The notes under the pieces were generated by a model that saw nothing but the letters and a program-made list of their open reading frames with translations, searched no databases and was not told where the DNA came from. 34,618 bases of DNA, taken from the NCBI GenBank assembly GCA_964418905.1, contig CAYQNF010000001.1, positions 1 through 34,618 on the forward strand. The letters are read 5' to 3'. The position numbers and the translations under genes were made by a program. Positions within the stretch are counted from its first letter, which is position 1. Each line of letters opens with the position of its first letter. This document shows, piece after piece, positions 7,992 to 16,168 of the stretch. This stretch comes from an uncultured archaeon. GTDB lineage: Archaea > Aenigmatarchaeota > Aenigmatarchaeia > CAYQNF01.

Positions 7992-10007
7992 ATGTTAGGT
8001 GGGTTCGGCTTGGAAGACAACGAAATTCAAAATATTATAGAGGTATTTCTCAGGGAGAAGTATTATGAGGAATTGTTAGATGCAGCTCGTTCTGACAAAA
8101 AGTCCATAACCGTGGACTTTAATGATCTAGATAGATATAACCCAGATGTTGCCGATATTCTTTTAGAGAGACCTAATAAATTCTTTTCAGTTTGTGATGA
8201 CGCAGTAGACGCTATAGACCTTCCAACTAGAGAAGACATTAGAATAAGATTTAGAGAACTTCCTGAGTATAAACATGTTAGAATTAGAAACCTGAGAGCA
8301 GAACATGTTGGTAAATTTATAACAATAGAGGGAGTAGTTAGACGTGCTTCTGATATTAGACCTGAAATTTCTGAAGCTATTTTCGAATGTCCTAAATGCG
8401 GAGGAAGGTTAGGAATACTTCAAACATCAAAATCATTAAGAAAACCTAATTACTGTGAGTGTGGTCATAAAGGCCGTTTCGAGATGAAGGATAAAAGATT
8501 GTTTGATGCTCGTTGGATAGCCGTAGAAGAACCCTTCGAAATAACAGAAGGGGAGAAACCTTCAGAGCTTACCGTTTATCTTAAAGAGGATTTAACAACT
8601 CCTAAAATGCAGAAGAAAACAGATCCAGGAAATCGTTTGCTTATTACCGGAATTCTTAAGGAGCAGCATAGATCTACTAAAGGTAAGAAATCCACAAGAC
8701 TTGAGATTCTTATGGATGCCAATCATATGGAGACAACGGAAGTAGACTATGACGAGCTTAAAATAGAAGATGAAGATATAGAAGAAATTAAAAAGATGGC
8801 CAAAGATCCTAACATAAAAGAAAAATTAATTGCTTCAATGGCGCCTGCTATTCACGGACTTAATGATGTAAAAGAAGCTATACTTCTTCAACTGTTTGGC
8901 GGAGTTCGTCAATACCTTTCGGACGGTACCACCATCAGGGGAGATATACATATCCTCTTACTTGGGGACCCATCGGCTGGTAAATCACAATTATTGAAAT
9001 TAGTATCAAGTGTAGTTCCTAGAGGTAAGTATGTATCTGGTAAAGGAGCTACCGGTGCTGGTCTTACTGCTACCGTAACAAAAGATGAGCAGTTTATGGG
9101 CGGTTGGGTACTTGAAGCAGGTGCATTGGTTTTAGCAAACAAAGGTTTAATGGCTATAGACGAGTTCGACAAAATGCATAAAGAAGATGTAGTTGCGATG
9201 CACGAAGCATTGGAGCAGCAGACAATATCTATCGCTAAAGCCAACATTGTTGCTACTTTACCTGCGGAGACGGCGGTACTTGCAGGAGCTAATCCTAAAT
9301 TTGGTAGGTTTGATCCTTACAAAAGCATTGCAGAGCAGATAACAATCCCCGATACTTTACTTTCACGTTTTGATGTAAAATTCGCTCTTAGGGACGTACC
9401 GGACCAAGATAGAGATCAGAGAATAGCCGGTCACATTCTTGATAGGGCCACATCATCTATAGATGAAGCTCCAATAAGCCAGCGTATGATAAAGAAATAT
9501 GTAGCATATGCTCGTCAGACCTGTAAACCTAAAATAACAGAGGAAGCTAAAGATGCGATTAAACAATTCTATTTAAAATTGAGAGGACTTTATGGAAATG
9601 ATGAGACTCCTGCAGTTGCTATAGCGACTCGTCAGCTTGAGGCTCTAATAAGGATGTCTCAGGCCGTTGCTAAAATATATTTGGAAGACACAGTAAAGGC
9701 TGAGCATGCTAGAGAAGCAATTAAAGTAATGACGGCTTCATTAAGACAGCTAGGGTGGGACCCGGAGACTGGTCAAATAGACATAGACAGAACAGAAGGT
9801 ATGGCATCAAGCCAAAGAAGTAAAATAAGAAAAGTTCTTGATCTTATTGAAGATCTGGAGAAAGATGTAGGGAAAACTGTTCCTATGGAAGATATAATGG
9901 CCGCTGCTCAGGAAGAAGGGCTCGGAGACGTTAAGGAAATTGTACGTAAATTGAAAAACGAAGGTATGGTATTCGAACCAAGGCCGGGTTACGTACAAAA
10001 GATTTAA
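7992..10007 (+). CDS. mcm: MCM replicative helicase
   Basis: 671 aa with a zinc motif (CPKCG...CECG), Walker A GDPSAGKS, Walker B IDEFDKM, arginine finger SRFD and a C-terminal winged helix. Confidence 0.97.
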   Translation: MLGGFGLEDNEIQNIIEVFLREKYYEELLDAARSDKKSITVDFNDLDRYNPDVADILLERPNKFFSVCDDAVDAIDLPTREDIRIRFRELPEYKHVRIRNLRAEHVGKFITIEGVVRRASDIRPEISEAIFECPKCGGRLGILQTSKSLRKPNYCECGHKGRFEMKDKRLFDARWIAVEEPFEITEGEKPSELTVYLKEDLTTPKMQKKTDPGNRLLITGILKEQHRSTKGKKSTRLEILMDANHMETTEVDYDELKIEDEDIEEIKKMAKDPNIKEKLIASMAPAIHGLNDVKEAILLQLFGGVRQYLSDGTTIRGDIHILLLGDPSAGKSQLLKLVSSVVPRGKYVSGKGATGAGLTATVTKDEQFMGGWVLEAGALVLANKGLMAIDEFDKMHKEDVVAMHEALEQQTISIAKANIVATLPAETAVLAGANPKFGRFDPYKSIAEQITIPDTLLSRFDVKFALRDVPDQDRDQRIAGHILDRATSSIDEAPISQRMIKKYVAYARQTCKPKITEEAKDAIKQFYLKLRGLYGNDETPAVAIATRQLEALIRMSQAVAKIYLEDTVKAEHAREAIKVMTASLRQLGWDPETGQIDIDRTEGMASSQRSKIRKVLDLIEDLEKDVGKTVPMEDIMAAAQEEGLGDVKEIVRKLKNEGMVFEPRPGYVQKI

Positions 10008-10036
10008 TACTTAAGATTTAACTACAAAGGGATAAT

Positions 10037-10792
10037 ATGGTTGATAAGAAAAGGCTAACTGCTCACAAGGCTTGTTTAAAAGAAATTAACGAAGGAAAAT
10101 ACGTAAAGAATGAAGGATTCGAACCTAATTACGCTATAACTGATTTAGGAAGAAAACTTTCCCGTGTTAGAGTATTCGGAACTATCATGAATAAATTTAC
10201 TAATGATGAGAATAGTTATGCTTTTATTGTAATAGATGATGGTACAGACAATCTTAGAATGAAGGTATGGCAAAATGTTTCTATTTTTGATGATTTTGAG
10301 ACAGGAGATATGGTAGATTGTGTTGCACGAGTTAAGAAATATGAAGACGAGATGTATCTAACTCCTGAAACGGTTACCAAAATGGAACCTAAACAAGAGG
10401 TTCTTAGAAAAGCCGAACTTGCTTTGATATGGCATAACCAGAAGGATAAACTATCAAAGGTCAAAGAAGCTATGAATAAAATTGCAGATGCAGAAGAGTT
10501 GGAGGCATTTGTCAAAGAGAAACATAAAATAGATCCAGAAGAAGTTGGATATCTACTTAGAGCCGTAGACAATACAGACGAAGAAAAAGAAGAGAGTTCG
10601 GAAGAGAAGAAAAGTTACAAGAATAAAATATTGAAAATTATAGAGGAACTGGACGGCGGTGAAGGAGTAGAAATAGCTAAAATTTTAAAAGAGTCCAAAC
10701 TACCTGAGAATGTTGTAGATGCTACAATAAATGAACTTCTTACCGAGGGTAGTATATACGAGCCCAGAGCTGGTAAATTGAGAAAACTTTAA
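10037..10792 (+). CDS. OB-fold nucleic-acid-binding protein with acidic linker and C-terminal winged helix (RPA32/Stn1-like architecture)
   Basis: 251 aa. An OB-like segment (VRVFGTIMNKF...FIVIDDGTDNLRMKVW...VARVKKYEDEMYL) is followed by an acidic linker (DNTDEEKEESSEEKK) and a winged-helix-like tail ending TEGSIYEPRAGKLRKL. Confidence 0.6.
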   Translation: MVDKKRLTAHKACLKEINEGKYVKNEGFEPNYAITDLGRKLSRVRVFGTIMNKFTNDENSYAFIVIDDGTDNLRMKVWQNVSIFDDFETGDMVDCVARVKKYEDEMYLTPETVTKMEPKQEVLRKAELALIWHNQKDKLSKVKEAMNKIADAEELEAFVKEKHKIDPEEVGYLLRAVDNTDEEKEESSEEKKSYKNKILKIIEELDGGEGVEIAKILKESKLPENVVDATINELLTEGSIYEPRAGKLRKL

Positions 10793-10801
10793 GGTGTTAT
10801 T

Positions 10802-11221
10802 ATGTCAGGTTATGAAGATGCATTAAACAGAGCTATTGAAAAATTACCAGAGAAAGGAGAAGAAACATCTAGATTTGATATTCCTACTCCTGAGATTGAA
10901 CCTCATGGTAATTCTACTATTGTTAAAAACTTTACATCAATAGCAAAGAAGCTCAGAAGAAAACCTGATCATATGATGAAATTCCTAACAGGAGAACTTG
11001 CTGTTCCTGGAGAAATTGACAGTAACGGTAGAGGAGTTTTCCAAGGGAAGTTTAGATTCAGACAGATAAATGAGAAATTACAATCCTATATAGAGGAATT
11101 TGTTTTGTGTAATACTTGCGGAAAGCCGGACACTAATCTGGTTAGAGAAGATAGGATGCTTCTTAAGAAATGTGAAGCATGCGGTTCCAAAGATGGGGTA
11201 AAAGACATCAAAGGGAAGTAA
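10802..11221 (+). CDS. eif2b: translation initiation factor aIF2 subunit beta
   Basis: 139 aa with FRFRQINEKLQSYIEEFVLCNTCGKPDT...CEACG, the eIF2-beta/eIF5 zinc-ribbon module. AAGGTG lies upstream. Confidence 0.93.
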   Translation: MSGYEDALNRAIEKLPEKGEETSRFDIPTPEIEPHGNSTIVKNFTSIAKKLRRKPDHMMKFLTGELAVPGEIDSNGRGVFQGKFRFRQINEKLQSYIEEFVLCNTCGKPDTNLVREDRMLLKKCEACGSKDGVKDIKGK

Positions 11222-11248
11222 TTAGTATAATAAATCCCAACTATTTTT

Positions 11249-11539
11249 ATGAAATTTTACGCGAAGGTGCATAAATCAGAGAAGGGCTCTGTTTTAGCAG
11301 TTTGTGACGAAAACATTCTAGGAAAAACCGTATCGGGTGAGGATGTTATCATTGAAGTAACAGAAAAATTCTACGGCGGAGACCTAGTGGACTCCGATAA
11401 ATTGAAAGATCTTCTTTTAGAAAGTTCTATTATTAATCTAATCGGGAATGAGTGCGTTAAGTTCGCAGAATCCCTTGGACTTATTGAAAATAAAATTATG
11501 ATAGGCGATATAGCACATGCACAAATTTACCAAATTTAA
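11249..11539 (+). CDS. DUF424-family protein
   Basis: 96 aa. The N-terminus MKFYAKVHKSEKGSVLAVCDENILGK is typical of archaeal DUF424 proteins, which from memory often sit next to aIF2-beta. Confidence 0.65.
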   Translation: MKFYAKVHKSEKGSVLAVCDENILGKTVSGEDVIIEVTEKFYGGDLVDSDKLKDLLLESSIINLIGNECVKFAESLGLIENKIMIGDIAHAQIYQI

Positions 11540-12332
11540 AAAATCCAAAGGACAATTTTTCTTAATAGGAGCCGTTATGGTTACCTCTATTTTATTTACT
11601 GTTTACAATGTTTTTCTTGGGTATTTTGCTATAGATACCTCAGAGGTTCAACTCAGAGAAGAGGGACATATAGCCAGTAATATCGAAAAACTTTCTAGAG
11701 GGAAATTTAATGAGCTTGATAGTGGAGATATAACATGCGATGAATATTCTGACAACATAGAGACATTTGAAATATTTACAGAAGAGCAAACGCTTGAGAG
11801 AGGAATTTTCTTAGATTATAAGGCTTCTATTGAGAATGGATGTCTGTGGACTAACTTTACCGTAGACATGAGCAGCAAGCAGGTAAATCTTCTAAAAAAA
11901 TGGGATATGTCTATTGACTTCAGTCCGTTTAATTATGTCATGGATAGCGACAACGATTGGAGTGGGTCGAGTCCTCATGTAACTGAAGTAGACAGGTTTA
12001 ATATAGTCACATCAGACGGGGCCGTCCATTTACAAAACAATGCAGAAGATGGTAGAGTTGTGTATCAGTTTGATTCCTGTCATGAAGCAGGAAGTCCTGA
12101 GTGCGAGGAGGCCGTTTGGTACGACAATGAACCTATTGGGAATTCCCCAGGTAATAGTATACTTTCATTCAGATATGCTACAAACGAGAGTGGTAGGTTT
12201 GAATTCCAAGACGATATAGACGATACCGGAGATTCTAGATATTTCCAAATGGAGATAGTTATGAATAGAACTGATTTATCCAATGAAGTAAATGTCACAA
12301 AAACAGACATAAGCTTTGCAACTATACCATAG
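11517..12332 (+). CDS. hypothetical secreted protein with class III (type IV pilin-like) signal peptide
   Basis: 271 aa. A basic N-terminus (MHKFTKFKKSKG) is followed by QFFLIGAVMVTSILFTVY, then a Cys-containing N-x-S/T-rich domain. Overlaps DUF424 by 23 nt. Confidence 0.45.
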   Translation: MHKFTKFKKSKGQFFLIGAVMVTSILFTVYNVFLGYFAIDTSEVQLREEGHIASNIEKLSRGKFNELDSGDITCDEYSDNIETFEIFTEEQTLERGIFLDYKASIENGCLWTNFTVDMSSKQVNLLKKWDMSIDFSPFNYVMDSDNDWSGSSPHVTEVDRFNIVTSDGAVHLQNNAEDGRVVYQFDSCHEAGSPECEEAVWYDNEPIGNSPGNSILSFRYATNESGRFEFQDDIDDTGDSRYFQMEIVMNRTDLSNEVNVTKTDISFATIP

Positions 12333-13473
12333 CCTTTAGATCTTTTTTATCTAAATCGTATTCTTCAATAAACTCTTTTTTCCATTCTTTGTTTTGAAGC
12401 ATGATCTTTAAGAACGGTACATAGTGAGCAAAGAATTTACCTCTTGATACTCCCAACCTCTTGCATAACTTTTCTGCTATTCTTTTCTTTTTTGCTCTTG
12501 TACTTTTACTTCTTCCGTATTTTATTAGCCTCTGTGGGGGTTTGTAGTATGTGAATTTCTTGTATCTTTCTTTCTTAGCCAATGAAACCGCGGCCATGAA
12601 TTCTAATTGATATTTCATTAAAGAATAATCCTGGCTTTTGTATATTCTTCCCTGGAATATGTCTGAAATGCTCAGGTATTCCAAGGCCTTTGCAATTTCT
12701 TCTTTTCTTTCGTATTCGTTTGGTATATTCTGCTCAAGCCACCAGAATATCTCGTCAAAACTTTTATTCGATGAGTCCATCGCGTCTTTTGCAGTTCTCA
12801 TTGTCGAAGTCTTGAATATTATCTTAAGTGTATTGAATATGTCCTGTCCCCTTTCTTTGTAATCAAAATCATCGTTTCCTGTTATACTGAAGGATTCTAA
12901 ATTTGCGACAGCAGATCTCATGTCCCCTCCAGCCTGAGATGCTATCTTTCTTAATGATAGATCGTCTATTTCTACATTTTCTTCTTTTGCTATTTCTCCC
13001 AGCCTAGTCTTAATCCTTTTATCTGTTATTCTTTTGAATTCCAATAATTCGCAGAATGATCTCAATTCTCTAAGTTTAGGATTGTAGGCATCGTTTGCTG
13101 TGAATATTATAGGGAACTTTGAATTCTTAACTATTTTCTTCAGCGTCGGTATAGCACCTCTGTCTTGTCTAGTTAATCCATCTATTTCATCTATGAGAAT
13201 TATTTTCCCTTTGTTGAACAGACTTTTTTGTTTTATGGCAGGTTTTATTCTCTTCTCTATTTCACTTGTTGTTCTATAATCGGATGCATTGACTTCGACT
13301 ACGTCAAGATTATGCTCTCTTGCAATTGCATGGGCTGTAGAAGTTTTTCCTGTCCCGGGAGGGCCATGTAAAAGTAAAGGTTTTTTCGGATTAGAATACC
13401 ATTTTCTAATATTATTGGTTTTTTGTCCTACCAGATCCCCGGTACTGGACGGTGAATATTTTTCAGTCCACAT
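12322..13473 (-). CDS. rfcL: replication factor C large subunit
   Basis: MWTEKYSP..., Walker A GPPGTGKTS and IDEIDG. ATG at 13473 lies 5 nt after the rfcS stop; the ORF-track start at 13482 is a TTG. Confidence 0.9.
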   Translation of the reverse strand: MWTEKYSPSSTGDLVGQKTNNIRKWYSNPKKPLLLHGPPGTGKTSTAHAIAREHNLDVVEVNASDYRTTSEIEKRIKPAIKQKSLFNKGKIILIDEIDGLTRQDRGAIPTLKKIVKNSKFPIIFTANDAYNPKLRELRSFCELLEFKRITDKRIKTRLGEIAKEENVEIDDLSLRKIASQAGGDMRSAVANLESFSITGNDDFDYKERGQDIFNTLKIIFKTSTMRTAKDAMDSSNKSFDEIFWWLEQNIPNEYERKEEIAKALEYLSISDIFQGRIYKSQDYSLMKYQLEFMAAVSLAKKERYKKFTYYKPPQRLIKYGRSKSTRAKKKRIAEKLCKRLGVSRGKFFAHYVPFLKIMLQNKEWKKEFIEEYDLDKKDLKAMV

Positions 13474-13478
13474 TAGAA

Positions 13479-14420
13479 TCAACCCAAAAGAGAAATCGAA
13501 GCAAGTAAAGCTTCTAATTGTATCTGTTGGTTACTACCTTCGTTTATTCTAAATTCACAATCGCCTATCTTTTCTATAATCCTTATCTTCCTTTCTTCCG
13601 TTATGTCAGCATCGTGGATTTGTCTGTGAATCTCTTTAATTATTTCTTCGCCGGATAACCCATCTTCAATCAAGCTTTTGTATAGGGCCTCTCTGGAATC
13701 TTTGAAACTTCCGTTTAATGCATTTTCTAACATACCTGTTACAGATTCCGGTCTGGCTTTTGCGGTTATGTCGTAAACCAACTCTTCTGTTATAGGTTTT
13801 CCTGTAGATGCGGCTGACTGAAGGACGTTTATACTCCTTCTTATGTCGCCTTCGGATACTTTCACTATTGTATCTAAACCTTTATCGTCAATTTCAACAT
13901 CTTCTTTTTCTGAAATATCTTTTAGATGTGATTCGATATCTTCTGACTTCAAAGGTTTGAATCTAAACACAGCGCACCGGCTTTGTATTGGTTCTATTAT
14001 TTTGGAAGACCAGTTGCAAATCAGAATAAATCTACACGTTCTTGAGTAGTTTTCCATTGTTCTCCTAAGTGCTTGTTGAGCGTCTTTAGTGAGTGCATCA
14101 GCTTCGTCTAATGCTATGATCTTATAATCGCTATCGAATGCTTTGGATCTGGCAAAGTCTTTTACCTTATTTCTTATAGTATCTATACCTCTCTCGTCAG
14201 AAGCGTTTAGCTCAAGATAATTCCTTTTCCAAGAATCTCCAAAGAGAGATCTTGCTATGATAGAAGATAATGTTGTCTTTCCTACACCCGCCGGTCCGGC
14301 AAATAATTGGTGAGGTAAAGCTTCTTTTTCAACAAACGCTTTTACTCTCTCAACTATATCTTTCTGGTTTACAAATTCCTCGAAATTCTTAGGTCTGTAT
14401 TTCTCAGTCCATATGTCCAT
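13479..14420 (-). CDS. rfcS: replication factor C small subunit
   Basis: 313 aa with MDIWTEKYRP, GPAGVGKTT, LDEADAL and the SRC motif (PIQSRCAVFRF). GGTGGGTGA lies upstream. Confidence 0.96.
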   Translation of the reverse strand: MDIWTEKYRPKNFEEFVNQKDIVERVKAFVEKEALPHQLFAGPAGVGKTTLSSIIARSLFGDSWKRNYLELNASDERGIDTIRNKVKDFARSKAFDSDYKIIALDEADALTKDAQQALRRTMENYSRTCRFILICNWSSKIIEPIQSRCAVFRFKPLKSEDIESHLKDISEKEDVEIDDKGLDTIVKVSEGDIRRSINVLQSAASTGKPITEELVYDITAKARPESVTGMLENALNGSFKDSREALYKSLIEDGLSGEEIIKEIHRQIHDADITEERKIRIIEKIGDCEFRINEGSNQQIQLEALLASISLLG

Positions 14421-14489
14421 TTAATCACCCACCACACGTTTCGTTAGAAACGGGTAATTATTATTAGATTACTTAAACAATAAAAAGGT

Positions 14490-14936
14490 ATGAGGATAGC
14501 GATAACTGGAACTCCGGGAGTAGGAAAGACGAGCGTTTGTAGAATATTAGGGGAAACAATGCATTATCACATAGATAATGTGAATGATATCGCTGAAAAT
14601 AATAGTTTAATTATAGACAAAGACGAGGAAAGAGATGCAGACGTTATTGACACGGACAAATTGTCTAAAATTAAGATAAATGATTATACTATAGTTGAGG
14701 GACATCTGGCTCATAATATAGAAAATGTAGATTTTGTAATAGTTTTACGTTGCGATCCTATAGAATTGAAAGGAAGATTAGAGAATAAAGAATGGAAAGA
14801 AGATAAGGTAAAAGAAAATCTAGAAGCAGAAGCGTTAGGTATAATAATTAACGAAGCTCAAGATATCCATGATAGCGTTTATGAAATAGATACTACAGGA
14901 AAGGACGAATTTGACGTGGCATATGTTATACAATAA
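14490..14936 (+). CDS. Fap7/AK6-type putative adenylate kinase (ribosome biogenesis NTPase)
   Basis: 148 aa with MRIAITGTPGVGKTS, the small size and the VEGHLAH motif typical of archaeal Fap7. Confidence 0.78.
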   Translation: MRIAITGTPGVGKTSVCRILGETMHYHIDNVNDIAENNSLIIDKDEERDADVIDTDKLSKIKINDYTIVEGHLAHNIENVDFVIVLRCDPIELKGRLENKEWKEDKVKENLEAEALGIIINEAQDIHDSVYEIDTTGKDEFDVAYVIQ

Positions 14937-15021
14937 CTTATAAATTCCGATGATAGAAATAAATATAAACCTAAAGTTGATTATTTAGAAAGATTAGAAG
15001 AACTATAAAGGTGGAAATGAT

Positions 15022-15207
15022 ATGGCAGATAACCCAGCAAAGAAGAAATTGTTTGATAGAGTTTACATTTGTATGAAATGTAATGCTAAAATTAAAGCAG
15101 ATGAGACAAAAGTCAAAGCAGGAAAAATTAAATGTAGAAAATGCGGTTCCAAGAGTCTTAGAAGAAGAAAGAAGGGACATAAGAGACCTGGAGCAGGCGG
15201 TGCTTAG
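15022..15207 (+). CDS. rpl40e: 50S ribosomal protein L40e (eL40)
   Basis: 61 aa with the ICMKCNA...CRKCGSKSLRRRKK zinc ribbon and a basic tail. AAAGGTGG lies upstream. Confidence 0.85.
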   Translation: MADNPAKKKLFDRVYICMKCNAKIKADETKVKAGKIKCRKCGSKSLRRRKKGHKRPGAGGA

Positions 15208-15210
15208 ATA

Positions 15211-15576
15211 ATGTCTATTGGAAAAAAGATAACTGAATTCATTAAAGAAACAGGATTAAAGCCTTCCGAGTGTGAGTATAACACTTGGAGAGATCTAAAG
15301 AATAAAGAAACTGGAGAAAAGGAAGGAGCTATTAGAATAGTTGTTCCTAAAGATGACGGTATTGCCAGAATTGAAATGGAATGTCGAGAATGTGGACATA
15401 AGCAATACCAAGAAAAAGAATTCAATAGCTTTGAAAAGCCAGATACTGGAAGGAAAACATCTTTTGACGTAATCTGCGAAGAATGTGAATTCAAAGAAAA
15501 AGTAAGAAGACTGAAAGACGAGCAAAAAAGAGAAAAGAGAAGAAGAAAGAGAAAGATGAGAGAAGAGAACAAATAA
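15211..15576 (+). CDS. hypothetical C4 zinc-ribbon protein with polybasic C-terminal tail
   Basis: 121 aa with CRECG...(31 aa)...CEECE and the tail KDEQKREKRRRKRKMREENK. The ATG is 3 nt after the eL40 stop. Confidence 0.55.
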   Translation: MSIGKKITEFIKETGLKPSECEYNTWRDLKNKETGEKEGAIRIVVPKDDGIARIEMECRECGHKQYQEKEFNSFEKPDTGRKTSFDVICEECEFKEKVRRLKDEQKREKRRRKRKMREENK

Positions 15577-15593
15577 TTTCTGTTTTTAGTTTT

Positions 15594-15700
15594 GCCCTGG
15601 TGGCTCAGCCGGTAGAGCGCTATGAGTATAGAATAATCTGTATTCACGCTAAACCTTGGTAAGGTAGAGGCCCCGAGTTCAAACCTCGGCCAGGGCTCCA
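15594..15700 (+). tRNA. tRNA-Thr (anticodon GGT) with a 31-nt non-canonical intron in the anticodon stem; CCA encoded
   Basis: Hand fold: acceptor GCCCTGG/CCAGGGC, D arm GCTC/GAGC, T arm CCGAG-TTCAAAC-CTCGG, U73, CCA. Removing 15623..15653 gives anticodon stem CTACC/GGTAG and loop TTGGTAA. Confidence 0.8.
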
Positions 15701-15736
15701 ACATAATTTTATAAGGTATAAATCCCAACTTTAACT

Positions 15737-16168
15737 ATGAAACTTAGTAGCGAAGCCTTCATAATTGGCGTTTTCGCAATGGTAGTATTAGTCGGAGGAT
15801 ATTCCTACTTTTCCTCTACGGCACAATATACAGCAGTTTTAGAACCAGATCTTACTATAACATCTTTTGATACTAAAATTAATTCATATCCTGACTCGGA
15901 TCAGGGAGTAGCTACATTGACAGTTGTTAATAGAGGAGGAGCTCCTTCGGAGGCAGCTAAATTAAAAATAGAAGATTTGACTACTGGTGATGTTGATATA
16001 AAGAGTATATCAGCTCTTCAGCCTAGAGAAACTCAGACGTTTGTAGTTGTTTACGATGATCCGTCTTCAGGAACACATTATCTAAAAGCTGAAGCAGATT
16101 ATGAGTTTGTTGTTCAAGAATCCAATGAGAATAACAATAACGCAAATGCTAAGTTTTCTATAGTTTAA
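15737..16168 (+). CDS. membrane-anchored CARDB-like (Ig-like adhesion) domain protein
   Basis: 143 aa. An N-terminal TM helix precedes LTITSFDT...TLTVVNRGGAPSEAAKLKIEDL...LQPRETQTFVV...GTHYLKAEADYEFVVQESNENNN, which matches the CARDB pattern. Confidence 0.7.
   Translation: MKLSSEAFIIGVFAMVVLVGGYSYFSSTAQYTAVLEPDLTITSFDTKINSYPDSDQGVATLTVVNRGGAPSEAAKLKIEDLTTGDVDIKSISALQPRETQTFVVVYDDPSSGTHYLKAEADYEFVVQESNENNNNANAKFSIV

Noticed and set aside
14937-15021. C/D-box sRNA in the fap7-rpl40e spacer (GATGATAG string)
   Set aside because: There is no box D (CTGA), no terminal stem and no second box pair.
15204-15728. 174-aa minus-strand ORF
   Set aside because: It runs antisense through the zinc-ribbon CDS and tRNA-Thr. 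The PRFELG-type peptide is simply the translated antisense of a tRNA T-arm, and the remainder is low complexity.
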